Numbered from the stretch's first letter, positions 19,957 to 31,165 are shown. The stretch is DNA of 64,000 bases from an uncultured Armatimonadia bacterium (GCA_963749155.1 CAVVLO010000002.1:960001-1024000), one strand, 5' to 3'. Notes: generated from the sequence alone by a model not told the origin. Made by a program: numbers and translations.

Positions 19957-20508
19957 CTACTGGGCCAGATACCAGTCTACGACTTGCTTCAGCTTGCCCT
20001 GCTCGCGCAGCAACCAAACTAGCAGCTCACGGACCGCCGAGTCGCCTCCGCTGCGGGTGGAGACATGCGCCGCGAGCGCCTTTATCTCGTCAGGCGCATT
20101 TGCGACCGCCAGTGGCAGCCCGCAGACCTTGAGCCCGGCGGCATCCACATAGTCATCGCCGATAAAAGCGCACTCTTCCAGGGTCACGTTGTTGAGACGA
20201 CAAAGTTTTTTCAGGGCGTCGCCCTTATTGTTCATCCCCTGGATGACATTGTAGGGGGCGACTTTGAATTCTCTTGCTCGCCTGCGGACTGTCTCTGACC
20301 TGCGCCCTGTCGCGAGCGCCAGTATTAGCCCAGCCTTGCGGGCGGCGGCGAAAGCCCAGCCATCAGCAGCATCGAAGGATTTGATGAAATCGCCCTGCTC
20401 GGTAAAGTAGATGCGCCCATCGGTCAGGGTGCCGTCCACATCCATCGCCACCAGTTTGATGCGCTGGCAGGCGGTGTTGAGGTCAGTCTTCCACAGCGGT
20501 TCTTCCAC
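19957..20508 (-). CDS. kdsC: Kdo-8-phosphate phosphatase
   Basis: DVDGTLTDG, FIGDD..D and GGDSAVRE HAD motifs; within the kds cluster. Confidence 0.9.
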   Translation of the reverse strand: MEEPLWKTDLNTACQRIKLVAMDVDGTLTDGRIYFTEQGDFIKSFDAADGWAFAAARKAGLILALATGRRSETVRRRAREFKVAPYNVIQGMNNKGDALKKLCRLNNVTLEECAFIGDDYVDAAGLKVCGLPLAVANAPDEIKALAAHVSTRSGGDSAVRELLVWLLREQGKLKQVVDWYLAQ

Positions 20509-20511
20509 GAA

Positions 20512-21483
20512 TTACACCACTTTGCTCTTCAGCAGGTCTTGTACGTCAATTACGCCAAGGCAATTGCCTTGCTCATCCACCACAGGCAGGTTGTCCAGTT
20601 CGCGTGCTTCCATCAGGGCAAGCGCTTCGGTGGCCAGCTTGTCTGGTGCGATAGTCGTGGGATTCTTCGTCATCACATCACCGATACGGCTCTGAAGCAC
20701 ATCGCGGTCCTTCTTGAGACTGCGGCGCAGGTCGCCATCGGTGAAGATCCCAAGTAGCTTGCCTTCGGGTGAGATAATATTGGCGACGCCTCGCAGCTCG
20801 GAACTCATCATCAGCAGCAGAGTCTCTTCGACTGTGGCGTCGGGGCCGATTGTCGGATTATGCTCGCCTTTGTGCATCACATCGCCCACCCGCAGCATTG
20901 CGCGACCAAGCGCCCCCGCGGGATGGAAAAGCGCGAACTGCTCGCGCGTGAACTGACGCGCCTTCATCACGGTGACCGCAAGCGCATCCCCCATGGCAAG
21001 CAGCGCGGTAGTGCTGGTCGTTGGCGCCAGGTTGTGCGGACAGGCTTCGCGCTTGACGCGCACAGGCAGGACCAGGTCGGCAGCCTGGGCAAGCTGGCTT
21101 TCCGGCACTCCAGTCATACAGGCGAGTTTTGCGCCAAGTCGGCGTATGGTCGGCACCAGACGCAAGACTTCGTCGGTGCTGCCACTATGAGAAAGCGCAA
21201 TTATGAGGTCTCGTTTCGTGACCATCCCCAGGTCGCCGTGGACGGCTTCAGCCGGGTGGAGGAACAAGGCAGGGGTGCCCGTACTCGCGAAGGTAGAAGC
21301 AAGTTTGCTGGCAACTGCGCCGCTCTTGCCGATACCGGTCATTATGACGCGTCCCTCGAGGCCAAGGATTATCTCGACCAGCTCGGAGAAACACTCGTCC
21401 AGGCCTTCGGCAAGCTGCTGGATAGCCTCGCTCTCGAGGTGCAGGGCTTCGCGGCCACTTGCAAGATACTCCTCCCGGCTCAA
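20512..21483 (-). CDS. kdsD: Arabinose-5-phosphate isomerase (KpsF/GutQ; SIS plus CBS domains)
   Basis: GIGKSG, HPAEAVHGDLG, APTTSTT and FHPAGALG motifs; CBS pair. Confidence 0.93.
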   Translation of the reverse strand: MSREEYLASGREALHLESEAIQQLAEGLDECFSELVEIILGLEGRVIMTGIGKSGAVASKLASTFASTGTPALFLHPAEAVHGDLGMVTKRDLIIALSHSGSTDEVLRLVPTIRRLGAKLACMTGVPESQLAQAADLVLPVRVKREACPHNLAPTTSTTALLAMGDALAVTVMKARQFTREQFALFHPAGALGRAMLRVGDVMHKGEHNPTIGPDATVEETLLLMMSSELRGVANIISPEGKLLGIFTDGDLRRSLKKDRDVLQSRIGDVMTKNPTTIAPDKLATEALALMEARELDNLPVVDEQGNCLGVIDVQDLLKSKVV

Positions 21484-22307
21484 ACCGACTCCCTCCTGAC
21501 AAGTTCAGAAAGCGCTTTGCACTGACGGGCCGTGCGACGGAAAGCTTCGAGGTCCAGCATATTCGGCCCGTCCGAGAGCGCAGCCGAAGGATCTTCATGT
21601 ACCTCGAAAAAGAGCGCGCTTAGCGCGCCAGTTGCGACCGCGGCGCGCGCAAGCACTGGCGCCAGGCGCGAATCGCCTCCCGATTTCCCTCCCGCCCCGC
21701 TTGGTTTCTGCACACTATGAGTGGCATCGAAAACCACCGGATAACCGAGTTCGGCCATCTCTACAAGGCCTCGCATATCCACTACGAGGTTGTGGTAACC
21801 GAAAGCGCTGCCTCGCTCGCACAGCAGAATCTGATTGTTGCCGGTACTCTCAATTTTTTTCGCGGCCCAGATCATATCGCCCGGCGCGGCCATCTGCATC
21901 TTCTTCACATTTACAGGCTTGCCAGTTTCGCCAGCGGCGACCAGCAGGTCGGTCTGGCGCGCCAGCATCGCCGGAATCTGCAGCAAATCCGCGACAGAAC
22001 CAACCGGATCGGCCTGCCATACCTCGTGTAAATCAGTACATATTGGAAGACCCGAAGCCGCGCGCGCTTTGGAGAGGATATCCAGTCCAGCTTCCATTCC
22101 TGGCCCGCGATAACTGTCTACCGAGGTGCGATTGGCTTTGTCGAAGGAAGCCTTGAAAATCAGTGGCAAGCCTTCTTCGCGGGCGATCTCGGCAAGCGCC
22201 ATCGCAAGTTTCACCGTGTGTTCTTCCGATTCGATGACACAAGGTCCGGCGATAAAGAGTAGCGGGGCAGTTTCGCCCACGGGCAGTTTTGCAATTTTGA
22301 AACTCAT
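21480..22307 (-). CDS. kdsA: Kdo-8-phosphate synthase
   Basis: AGPCVIES, KASFDKANRTS, DATHSVQ and ALSDGPN motifs. Confidence 0.95.
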   Translation of the reverse strand: MSFKIAKLPVGETAPLLFIAGPCVIESEEHTVKLAMALAEIAREEGLPLIFKASFDKANRTSVDSYRGPGMEAGLDILSKARAASGLPICTDLHEVWQADPVGSVADLLQIPAMLARQTDLLVAAGETGKPVNVKKMQMAAPGDMIWAAKKIESTGNNQILLCERGSAFGYHNLVVDMRGLVEMAELGYPVVFDATHSVQKPSGAGGKSGGDSRLAPVLARAAVATGALSALFFEVHEDPSAALSDGPNMLDLEAFRRTARQCKALSELVRRESV

Positions 22308-22314
22308 CTCGGAG

Positions 22315-23058
22315 TCACTTCTTCTTTAGCAACTCGGCAGCAAGCTCGCGCGCCGCTTCAAGGTCAGCGGGCGTGTCAATGCCAAGTGAGATGTGGTCGG
22401 TATCGCCCACGAAAATCCGGTGGCCGTTCTCCATTACCTTTAACTGTTCGAGCGACTCGGAAAGCTGCAAGGTAGTCGGCGGCAACTTGGCCATCCCAAG
22501 CAGGAAGTCCCGCTTGTAGGCATAGACGCCCAGGTGGATAAAATGGGGCACATCCATTATTTCGCCATCGCGCACGTAGGGGATGGGCCAGCGCGAGAAG
22601 TAGAGGGCGAAACCCGCCAGATCGCGCACAACCTTCACTTTGTTCGGATCCATCACTTCCTCTTTGCCTGTCGGAACGCGGCAGAGGGTACTCATCAGCA
22701 GGTCGGGATACTTCTCGAAGGGAGCCACGAGTTCGTCAACGACGGTGCGAGAGAGGAAAGGCTCATCTCCCTGCAGGTTGCAGACGATGTCACAGTCCAG
22801 CCCAGCCGCCACTTCGGCGATGCGGTCGGTGCCGGTGATGTGGTCGGAGCTTGTCAGCGCAGCTTTACCACCGAAACCTTCGACGACATCCACCAGTCGC
22901 TGGCTGTCAGTGGCGACGATAACCTCATCGGCGCGGCCACTGGCGGTGCCTGCTTCATAAACCCATTGCACTATCGGCTTGCCCATAAGGTCGGCCAGAG
23001 GCTTGTCAGGCAGGCGAGTTGCAGCAAGCCGCGCAGGTATGACTACTACGACCTTCAT
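22315..23058 (-). CDS. kdsB: CMP-Kdo synthetase
   Basis: IPARLAATRLPDKPL, GTDRIAE, QGDEP, YFSRWPIP and ESLEQL motifs. Confidence 0.95.
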   Translation of the reverse strand: MKVVVVIPARLAATRLPDKPLADLMGKPIVQWVYEAGTASGRADEVIVATDSQRLVDVVEGFGGKAALTSSDHITGTDRIAEVAAGLDCDIVCNLQGDEPFLSRTVVDELVAPFEKYPDLLMSTLCRVPTGKEEVMDPNKVKVVRDLAGFALYFSRWPIPYVRDGEIMDVPHFIHLGVYAYKRDFLLGMAKLPPTTLQLSESLEQLKVMENGHRIFVGDTDHISLGIDTPADLEAARELAAELLKKK

Positions 23059-23546
23059 TTTGCTTCCTCCTCGCGCATCTGCTGGATTACGGCGGTGGTG
23101 GACCTGCCATCGTGAAAGGCCAGGATGTGGATACGCCCTCCCAGGCTCTTCACGAGCGGCGCCTCGGGCAAGGTCTCGGGTGTGTAATCTCCGCCCTTGG
23201 CGTGGACAGAGGGCCTGATGGCCGCGATATTATCGTCAGGACGATCTTCTTCAAAGATGACCACATAATCTACGCACTCGAGCGCGCCCAGCAGCATCGC
23301 GCGCTCATGTTCGGGAAAGACAGGCCGGCTTGGACCTTTAAGGCGTTTTACCGAGGCATCGCTGTTGAGAGAGACTATCAGAAGGTCCCCTTGAGCCCTG
23401 GCTTCGTTGAGTGATTTGATATGCCCAACGTGAAGCACATCAAAGCAGCCATTGGTGTGGACGATGGTCTTGCCCTCGGCATGCAGCAGATCGGCAATCC
23501 GGGTAATCTGCTCTCGAGTCTTGAGCTTGCCTGCTGGATAACGCAT
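23055..23546 (-). CDS. rfaE2: D-glycero-beta-D-manno-heptose 1-phosphate adenylyltransferase (RfaE domain II)
   Basis: TNGCFDVLHVGH, LNSDASVKRLKGPSRP, KGGDY and STT motifs. Confidence 0.88.
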   Translation of the reverse strand: MRYPAGKLKTREQITRIADLLHAEGKTIVHTNGCFDVLHVGHIKSLNEARAQGDLLIVSLNSDASVKRLKGPSRPVFPEHERAMLLGALECVDYVVIFEEDRPDDNIAAIRPSVHAKGGDYTPETLPEAPLVKSLGGRIHILAFHDGRSTTAVIQQMREEEAK

Positions 23547-23578
23547 TTGGTTCAGCTCCTGGTGAGAAGATGGGGCCT

Positions 23579-24549
23579 TCAGGAGGCCGGGCAGTCAGGT
23601 GGAGCTTGCTTCATCCCATCCGGGGCGCTCTTGGGATCAGTCTTCCACCGCCTATGGACCCAGAACCACTCCTCTGGATGACGGCGGATCTGATCTTCGA
23701 TAGCCTTGGTGAAGGCCACGGTATTATCGTAAATGTCGCGTTGCAGATCGCCCGTGCGCACGATTTTAATTGGGGGAAGAATGTGTCCGATATGACGGTC
23801 GTTGGCGTCACGCTCTACAAAGGCTGGCACTACAACAGCGCCGCTCTTGATAGCGAAAGTGGCAGGCCCGGTGAAGGTAGAGGCCTCTCTCCAGAGGAAA
23901 GGCACGAAGATACCCCTGCGGCCAGCATTCTGGTCCATCAGAATAGCCAGGACCATATTCTGCTTGAGTGCCCGGAAAGCTTTGAGTGGTGAACTCATTG
24001 GGATCACTTGCAACCCGTTACGGCTTCGCGTAGCCATCCCAAAAAGCTCTATCAACGGATCGTGGAGCTTTTTGGCGATGGCAGCCAGGGGGTAACCCTT
24101 CTGCACCAGCCGGGCGCCCATAAGCTCCCAGTTGCCATAGTGGGCGGTGAGCAGAAGGACTCCCTTACCTTTGGCCAGAGCCGCGTCCAGATGCTCGATT
24201 CCCTCGATTGTGACACTTTTCTCGAGTTCCTCTTCTGTCCAGCGGAAGGAGTTGAGTACCTCCAACATTGTCTTGGCAGCGTTTCTAACTGACAGGAGCG
24301 CCAGCCTGCGACACTCTTTGGGGCTCTTCTCGGGAAAAGACGGCGAAGCTGCTGATAGGCAGTTATGCGCACGCGCGGCACAACAGGCCCAATCAGGTTT
24401 ACAATTGTATTGAGCAAAAAATATTGAGACTTCATAGGCAGCCGGGAGATATGCCGCGCCCACAGGACAGTGAGCGCGCGCCCAGCATTACGGCTAAGCT
24501 GGCTCAGCAGTCGCTTGGAGAAGGCTCCAGGCAACCTGACTTTCATCAT
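23579..24549 (-). CDS. Lipid A late acyltransferase (LpxL/HtrB family), frameshift at ~24330-24360
   Basis: TAHYGNWEL, DQNAG and PEEWFWVHRRWK motifs. The N-terminus (MMKVRLPG...TAYQQL) lies in ORF 24052..24549, whose start overlaps the lpxK stop. Confidence 0.85.
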
Positions 24550-25643
24550 CGGATCACATCATCAAGCAGGAGCGTCAGTCGCGTCGCAAGGAGGCTGGCG
24601 CCAAGCTCAAGGGTAAGTTGGGCCTGAACAATTCGCAAGGTCGCGGGAAGTTCAAGGCCGGCCAATTTTACCGCATCCTTCTCTGTGCAGACAATCACCG
24701 TCGCTCCAAGCGCCTGCCGGCGGGCTTCCAGTTCCATTATTTCGTCTTGCGTGTAGGAATGGTGATCAGGAAAAGACGCCAACTCGACCACTTTCGCGCC
24801 AGCCTGGCCAAGTGAAGCCTCAAAGCCTGCCGGGTTGCCGAGTCCGCAGAAAGCCAGCACCGACAGGTCTTGTAGCGCCTCAGGTCCAGCTTCTTCCCAC
24901 TGGCCGGGGGTCGCCAGTCTGACCAGTTCGTATTCAGCCCGCGCAACAGGCACAGAAGGAGCTTTACGTCCGACCAGGTCCATCACAGCGGCAAGTTCGG
25001 CCTGGCTCGCTTCCCCTGTGATAACGCAACAAGCAGCGTGCTCGAGCAAATCCAGGGGTTCTCTTAAAGCGCCCAGGGGAAGCAGCCGGCCTGCTTTCAG
25101 AGTCTGCCTGACATGGAGCAGCAATATATCAGCGTCGCGTTGCAACTTGAGATATTGAAATCCATCATCGAGCAGAGCCAGCTCGCAACCTGCCTGCTGA
25201 GCAAGGCGCAGGCTCTGCTGGCGTTGTTTGCCGACAACGATAACTGCCTCTGGCAGTTGCCGCTTCAGCATCAGCGCCTCATCTCCGACCAGTTCGGCAA
25301 GAGAGTCGCTCTCGACCACCTGGGAGGCGCCAGATTTGCCCCTGTAGCCGCGCAGCAAGAGGGCGGGACGATAACCTTCCTCAACGAGTAATTCCCACAG
25401 CCAGGCTACAAAGGCGCTTTTGCCAGTGCCCCCGACGCTGAGGTTGCCCACGGAGATAACGGGGAGGACAGGCTTTTCTCTCGGCAATAAGCCTCTTTCG
25501 TAAATCCACCGGTGGCCTTTGGCCATTAGCCAGCCGAGGGGAAAAAGCAGATAACACAGCAGGAGGAGGAGCCTGGCCTTGAAGTCTCGCCGGTCTTCGT
25601 AGACCGCCTGCGTCCAGAGTCGTTCCAGTCCGCCCTCAGCCAT
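24546..25643 (-). CDS. lpxK: Tetraacyldisaccharide 4'-kinase
   Basis: VGNLSVGGTGKS, GDEA, LDDGFQ, LPLGALREP, FPDHH and TEKDAVK motifs. Confidence 0.95.
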   Translation of the reverse strand: MAEGGLERLWTQAVYEDRRDFKARLLLLLCYLLFPLGWLMAKGHRWIYERGLLPREKPVLPVISVGNLSVGGTGKSAFVAWLWELLVEEGYRPALLLRGYRGKSGASQVVESDSLAELVGDEALMLKRQLPEAVIVVGKQRQQSLRLAQQAGCELALLDDGFQYLKLQRDADILLLHVRQTLKAGRLLPLGALREPLDLLEHAACCVITGEASQAELAAVMDLVGRKAPSVPVARAEYELVRLATPGQWEEAGPEALQDLSVLAFCGLGNPAGFEASLGQAGAKVVELASFPDHHSYTQDEIMELEARRQALGATVIVCTEKDAVKLAGLELPATLRIVQAQLTLELGASLLATRLTLLLDDVIR

Positions 25644-26940
25644 CGGCGCGCTCTAGCAACTCGGTCAGTTTGGCAACTGTGCGCTCGGAAGCACCTTTGT
25701 TGGCAGCCAGGAAGGCCTTCGCTCGAGCGCCAAAACTGGCGAGAAGCTCCTCGTCTCGCATCAGCCGTATGACCGCCTCGGCCAGGGCCTGCTCGTCCTC
25801 TACGACGTAGCAGACGTCCGCTTCAGTAGCCAGTTCGACAAGGCTGCGGAAATTTTGAAAATGAGGGCCAGTCAGGGGAGGCTTGCCATGCGCAAGCGGT
25901 TGCAGCAGGTTCTGCCCGCCCCAGTTGATAAGACTGCCACCCAGGAAAGCCAGTCGCGCAATCGCATAAACGCGCGCAAGCTCGCCCAGTGTATTCAACA
26001 ACACAATTTGCCTGCCTGATGTGACAGCACCAGGCTGCACCTCGGTGCGCAGGAGAGGCTCAAAACCTGCAGTTTTAAGCAGTTGCACCACTTCAGGCAC
26101 GCGATGCAAGTGCCGGGGCGCAATCAGGAGTCTGGCTTCGGGCACTGCGAGGCGTATTTGCTCGAAGGCGGTGAGAAGCTTGGCTTCTTCCCCCTCGCGG
26201 GTGCTGCCACAGACCAGCACCAGGTCGCCCTCGGCAAAACCAAGCTGGCGCTTCAAGGCCGCGGCTTCTTCGGGAGAGACTTCCGGCTCTGGCTCCTCGA
26301 ACTTCGTGTTACCACCCACTGCAGCCCTCTCTCGAGGCGCGCCGAAGGCCAGAGCGCGTTCCAGGTCGGCTTTCGACTGCATCAGGATGGCATCCAGTTG
26401 GCGATAGATAGCCCGGTAATACCACTTGAGCCTGGCGCCGCGTTTGAGCGTCCTGTCGCTGATACGCCCATTGGCCAGCATTAGAGGGATGCCCCGTTTA
26501 CGCGCCAGGAAGACCAGGTTGTACCAAAGCTCGCTCTCCATGAGTACCAGTGCGTCAGGCTTGAGGCGGGCGAAAGCTCTGCGCACGAACCAGGGGATAT
26601 CAAAAGGCAGATAAACCACCAGATCGGCAGGCAGATTACGTTTGGCGACCATCTCTCTACCCGTTGGGGTGACGGTCGAGAGGATCAGGCGGCAGTCGAG
26701 AGCGGCCTTGATGGCGTGGGCAAGCGGAGCGGCAGCGACGACTTCACCAACTGACACCGCATGAAGCCAGATAACAGGCTTGCCAGGCTCGAAGAAACCT
26801 TCAGGCACCTCGTAGAGCCCCCGGCGCTCGCGCCAGGTACCCTTTTCCTTGCCAGAGGCAAGCCGCCGATAAAGGAGATACAGCCCCAACCAGGGCGAGG
26901 CTAATAACAACAACGTATTGTATAGGTAGTAAATCCCCAT
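25636..26940 (-). CDS. waaA: Kdo transferase
   Basis: WLHAVSVGE, ESELW, APRH, NTLGEL and GGQNLLQP motifs. Confidence 0.95.
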   Translation of the reverse strand: MGIYYLYNTLLLLASPWLGLYLLYRRLASGKEKGTWRERRGLYEVPEGFFEPGKPVIWLHAVSVGEVVAAAPLAHAIKAALDCRLILSTVTPTGREMVAKRNLPADLVVYLPFDIPWFVRRAFARLKPDALVLMESELWYNLVFLARKRGIPLMLANGRISDRTLKRGARLKWYYRAIYRQLDAILMQSKADLERALAFGAPRERAAVGGNTKFEEPEPEVSPEEAAALKRQLGFAEGDLVLVCGSTREGEEAKLLTAFEQIRLAVPEARLLIAPRHLHRVPEVVQLLKTAGFEPLLRTEVQPGAVTSGRQIVLLNTLGELARVYAIARLAFLGGSLINWGGQNLLQPLAHGKPPLTGPHFQNFRSLVELATEADVCYVVEDEQALAEAVIRLMRDEELLASFGARAKAFLAANKGASERTVAKLTELLERADG

Positions 26941-28695
26941 CAGGCCTGTGAGGCGTCTCCCATAGCCGACTGGATCTGGTGCAGCGAATAGTAAAGCCCT
27001 CGCTGAGCAATCAATTCGTCGTGACTGCCCTGTTCAGCCAGCCGGCCGCGCTCCAGCACACAGATAATGTCGGCGTTGCGCACGGTAGAAAGCCTGTGAG
27101 CTATTACCAGGGTCGTGCGCCCTTTCATTAGTTTCTCCAGCGCCTGTTGAACAAGTCGCTCGCTCTCACTGTCCAGCAAGCTGGTAGCCTCGTCCAAAAT
27201 CAGGATGCGTGGATTGAGCAGCAGCGCGCGCGCGATGGCGATGCGCTGCCTTTGGCCACCAGAGAGGCTGACTCCGCGCTCACCAACCTGGGTGTCGAAC
27301 TGCTGGGGCAGCTTCTCGATGAACTCGACCGCGTTGGCGTTGCTGGCAGCCTCGAAGACTTCCTCATCGGTGGCCTCCAGATTGCCATAAGCGATATTGT
27401 CTTTCACACTGCCCGAGAAGAGCAAAGTTTCCTGCGGCACTATGCCCATCTGAGAGCGCAGCGAGGGCAGCGTTACTTTCGTCACGTCGTGGCCATCCAC
27501 CAGCAAGCGGCCCTTGGTCGCTTCATAAAGCCGAGGCACCAGGTTGGCTATGGTCGTCTTGCCCGCGCCCGAAGGCCCGACAAGAGCAACAATCTGACCT
27601 GGGGCTACCTCAAGGCAGAAATCCTCGATGACCCAGTATTCACTGGACTTGTACTTGAAGAAGACATGGTCGAAGGTCAGGCGCCCGGCGGCTGGACCAG
27701 GGAGCTGCTCTGCATCTGGCTCATCGAAGATATCTTCGGGGGTCTGCAGAACCTGGACGAGTCGCTCACTTGCAGCTTCGGCGTGCTGCATGTGATGTTG
27801 AACTTGCCCAGGTCCGTAAACTTGGCGCCTACCTCGCGAATCAGGAACAAAAAGCTGAAGATGGTATTGGTCTCGAGTCTTCCCGCTGTGACTTCGACGA
27901 AACCTAACCAAAGAGCCACAGTAAGCCCACGGCTGCGATGATTTCCACCACAGGGCGTTAGCGCTCCCCGCAGCCGTGCCGCGCGCATCAGGTCGCGGAA
28001 GTTGGTCATATTCTCGTGATGGAAGCGCTCGACCTCGTAGTTTTCCCGACAGAAGATCTGCACTATCCGGATAGACGAGATGGCCTCCTGCATAAAGGAG
28101 GTCATCTGCCCAAGCACCTGCTGGATGCGCCGGCCAATCTTGCGCATACGCCCTCCGGCCCCAGCGATTGCGATCCCAATAAGCGGCACGAGCAACAAGG
28201 TCAGCAACGTTAACTTGGGACTGATTTTCATCATCCCGCACAGAGCGCCGATGATAGTCACCGGATCTTTAATCATCTGGTTGACGCTGCCTGTCAGGCC
28301 CCGCTGGATAGTCTGGATATCATTGGTCAGTCTGGACAGCAACTGGCCAGTTGCCTGGTCTTCAAAATAACCAAGAGAAAGATGCTGAAGTTTGGCATAG
28401 ACCTCCGGCGCAGGTCTACGAGGCTACGCTGGACAGTAAATTCGGTGAAATAGGTGCTGGCGAAGTGGAAAACGCCTTTAACCAGAACAATGCCCAGGAC
28501 GACGATGGTAACCTCGATCATCTTGGCTCTGGCGTTGGGCCCTCCTTCCATCAGAGGGGCCAGAAAACCAGGCCAAGATAATAAGGCAACGCAGCGTTAA
28601 GGCCGCCTTCAATTACTGAACAGAGAATGGCAAGCAAGGCCCGCCACTTTGTAAGGTCTAACGAACACAAAGATTTCTCGGAAGGCGCCCAGCAT
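26940..28695 (-). CDS. msbA: MsbA-like lipid flippase ABC transporter, broken by several frameshifts (probable sequence errors)
   Basis: ATG 28695 (MLGAFREIFVFVRPYK) overlaps the lpxB stop. The TM domain is spread over ORFs 28327..28551 and 27677..28342. The NBD (GPSGAGKT, LSGGQRQR, DEATS) is in ORF 26940..28241. Lies between lpxB and waaA. Confidence 0.8.
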
Positions 28696-29840
28696 CAGGA
28701 GGCCGCCTCCTTGTCGAGCAGCTCGAGAGCAAGCTTCACCGTACCATCGAAAGCGCCTGGCTTGAGGGCGCTTGCGCACTCAAGCCAGAGAGACTGGCGT
28801 TGCGCGCGGAGGAGACTGGGCGACTCCAGCAGGCGCAAGGCCGCTCTGGCAAGCTCGGCTCCGCTTGGCTGGATCAACTCGGGCACGACATGGCGCCCAG
28901 CGATTATATTGGGCAAGCCGAACATTGTCGGCCTTAAAGCCAGGTATTGCACCCAGTGCAGCGGATTAGCCCGATAGGCTATCAGCATCGGCCGGACAAG
29001 CAGAGCTGCCTCGAGGGTCACCGTGCCCGAACAGGCCAGCACGAAGTCGCACTCACGAAGCAGGCTGTGGACATCGTCGCGTACCTCAATATCGAGTTCC
29101 CGGATGGCTTCGGCGCGTTTATCGAAGTGACGCTGCAACACGGGCCGGGCCCTGGAGACCAGCAATTTCGCCTTCGAGAAGCGTTTACGCAGGTGATAGC
29201 CAGCCACCAGCAGCGGTGACAGCATATGGCGCAGCTCCGCGTGACGGCTGCCGGGAAGCAGACCGATGACCGGCGCATCGCCAAAATCGCGCACCGCGGT
29301 AGCCTCTTCCTGGGATTTTGGCAAAGCGTCTTTGAGCAAGTCCATCAGAGGGTGACCGACATAAGTCGCGTTTACACCGCTTGCCCGGAGGAGAGTCTCA
29401 GACCAGGGGAACTGGGTAGCCACAGCGTCCGTTACGGCGGCGAAGGGGCTCCAGTCGCGCTCTTTACGTGACCAGGATTTGGGTGGCAGGAAGTAGAGCA
29501 CTTTGCGCCCAAGCGCTTTGGCTTTGGCGGCTATCTTGGAATTGAAGGCGCCAAAATCCACGAGCAGGACGAGGTCGGGCTTGTTCAGCACAAGTTCGCG
29601 CTCGAGCAGGCGTTTGACGTAGAGATAACTGGGCAGTCCCTTGGCCGCCTCGAAGAAACCCATAGCGCCCCAGTCGCTGTTGTCGAAGAGCAACTCCACG
29701 CCAGCTTCGGCCATAAGGGTGGAACCTATGCCAACGCACTCAAGCTCGGGCGCCTGCTCCTTGAGAGCGCGCACAAGATGAGCCGCGTACATTTCGCCGG
29801 AGGCTTCTCCGGTGACCACGAGGAGTCGCTTGGGTTGCAC
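28695..29840 (-). CDS. lpxB: Lipid A disaccharide synthase
   Basis: GEASG, YVGHPL, LLPGSRHAEL, CSGTVTLE and GLPNIIAG motifs. Confidence 0.95.
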   Translation of the reverse strand: MQPKRLLVVTGEASGEMYAAHLVRALKEQAPELECVGIGSTLMAEAGVELLFDNSDWGAMGFFEAAKGLPSYLYVKRLLERELVLNKPDLVLLVDFGAFNSKIAAKAKALGRKVLYFLPPKSWSRKERDWSPFAAVTDAVATQFPWSETLLRASGVNATYVGHPLMDLLKDALPKSQEEATAVRDFGDAPVIGLLPGSRHAELRHMLSPLLVAGYHLRKRFSKAKLLVSRARPVLQRHFDKRAEAIRELDIEVRDDVHSLLRECDFVLACSGTVTLEAALLVRPMLIAYRANPLHWVQYLALRPTMFGLPNIIAGRHVVPELIQPSGAELARAALRLLESPSLLRAQRQSLWLECASALKPGAFDGTVKLALELLDKEAAS

Positions 29841-29853
29841 CTGGCGTGGCTAC

Positions 29854-30660
29854 CTACCTTCGCCGCGAGGCGCCGCGCGGATCAAGAGCGCGTCCCGCGA
29901 AGCCGGATTCTATCTTCCCAAGGAAATCGACAAACTCTTTGACCTCGGGGATGAGTTCGATTTCGGCCTCGATTTGTTCAAGCGCCTGGGAAAGGTTCAG
30001 TCCCGAGCGATACACCAGCTTGTATGCCCGCTTGAGAAGGGTCCGGTGCTGGGGGCTCATCCCTGACCTGCGCATACCAACGGTGTTGAGCCCTTCGGCT
30101 TCAAGCGGGATGCCATTGACCAAAGTATAAGGCGGCACATCCTGGGTCACGCGAGAAAAACCGCCGATCATCGCGCGCCGCCCAACCCGCACATACTGGT
30201 GCAATCCCGCCATACCGCCAATGGTAACATCGTCCTCGATTACGCAATGGCCACTGATACCTACGCTGTTGGCTACGGTACAACGGTCGCCCATCACGCC
30301 ATTATGGCCAATATGGAAATAAGCCATTAGCAGGTTATCGTCGCCGATGACGGTCTGCCCGCCCTCGCCAGTACCTCGGTGGAGGGTGGAGTATTCTCTA
30401 ATATCGTTGTTATCGCCGACCAAAAGCCAGGTCTCTTCATCGTGGAACTTGCGATCCTGGGGATCGTCGCCCAGCACTGCGCCAGTGTGAAGAATATTGT
30501 TTGCGCCCAGCTTCGTGTTGCGCACGAGGTGTACATGGGGATGCAGCACACAACCCGCGCCCAGGGTGACCCTGGGCCCAATCACACAGTAAGGGCCTAC
30601 TTCAATATTACTGGCAAGTTCTGCAGTTGGATCAACTAGCGCGGTCGGATGAATAGCCAT
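29854..30660 (-). CDS. lpxA: UDP-N-acetylglucosamine O-acyltransferase
   Basis: IHPTALVD, hexapeptide repeats, IREYSTLHRGT and QDVPPY; start set to ATG 30660 with RBS. Confidence 0.95.
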   Translation of the reverse strand: MAIHPTALVDPTAELASNIEVGPYCVIGPRVTLGAGCVLHPHVHLVRNTKLGANNILHTGAVLGDDPQDRKFHDEETWLLVGDNNDIREYSTLHRGTGEGGQTVIGDDNLLMAYFHIGHNGVMGDRCTVANSVGISGHCVIEDDVTIGGMAGLHQYVRVGRRAMIGGFSRVTQDVPPYTLVNGIPLEAEGLNTVGMRRSGMSPQHRTLLKRAYKLVYRSGLNLSQALEQIEAEIELIPEVKEFVDFLGKIESGFAGRALDPRGASRRR

Positions 30661-30697
30661 AAGGGTCGGTCTCCCTTTCAACAAGGCTGAGCCAGAC

Positions 30698-31165
30698 TCA
30701 GCGCTCGACCAGGGCGAAAGACAGGACGCCCTGGGCTACGATTTGGTCGTCGACTTTTGCAACGCAACTTACCTTGCCTGTAATGCCCTTGAGGGCGATT
30801 ATCTCGGCATCGGTAATCAGAGTATCGCCAGGATGCACCTGCTTGCGAAATTTCATCTGCTCGATGCTTCTGAACAGCGCCAGTTTCGAGACGGCATCAT
30901 CAGTCAGATAGAGCAGCACGCCCGCCACCTGGGCCATATGCTCGGTTATAAGAGCCCCAGGCATTATCGGGTTGCCGGGAAAATGCCCATTGAAAAACTC
31001 CTCATTTCGAGTGACGTTTTTCAAGCCCTTGATCCACTTGCCAAGTTCGAAATCGAGAATCCTGTCCACCAGCAGGAAAGGATACCTGTGGGGCAAGATG
31101 CTCTCGATAGCGATAATATCGAGTGGTGGCTCATATTTCGGGTTTGCATCCAGCTCTAAACTCAT
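30698..31165 (-). CDS. fabZ: 3-hydroxyacyl-ACP dehydratase
   Basis: LPHRYPFLLVDRI and FFNGHFPGNPIMPG motifs. Confidence 0.95.
   Translation of the reverse strand: MSLELDANPKYEPPLDIIAIESILPHRYPFLLVDRILDFELGKWIKGLKNVTRNEEFFNGHFPGNPIMPGALITEHMAQVAGVLLYLTDDAVSKLALFRSIEQMKFRKQVHPGDTLITDAEIIALKGITGKVSCVAKVDDQIVAQGVLSFALVER

Noticed and set aside
26940..28695. msbA, lpxL-like, nadB and aspartokinase as genuine pseudogenes
   Set aside because: Motifs are intact, flanking pathway genes are intact, and indels are spread across the window; sequence error is more parsimonious.
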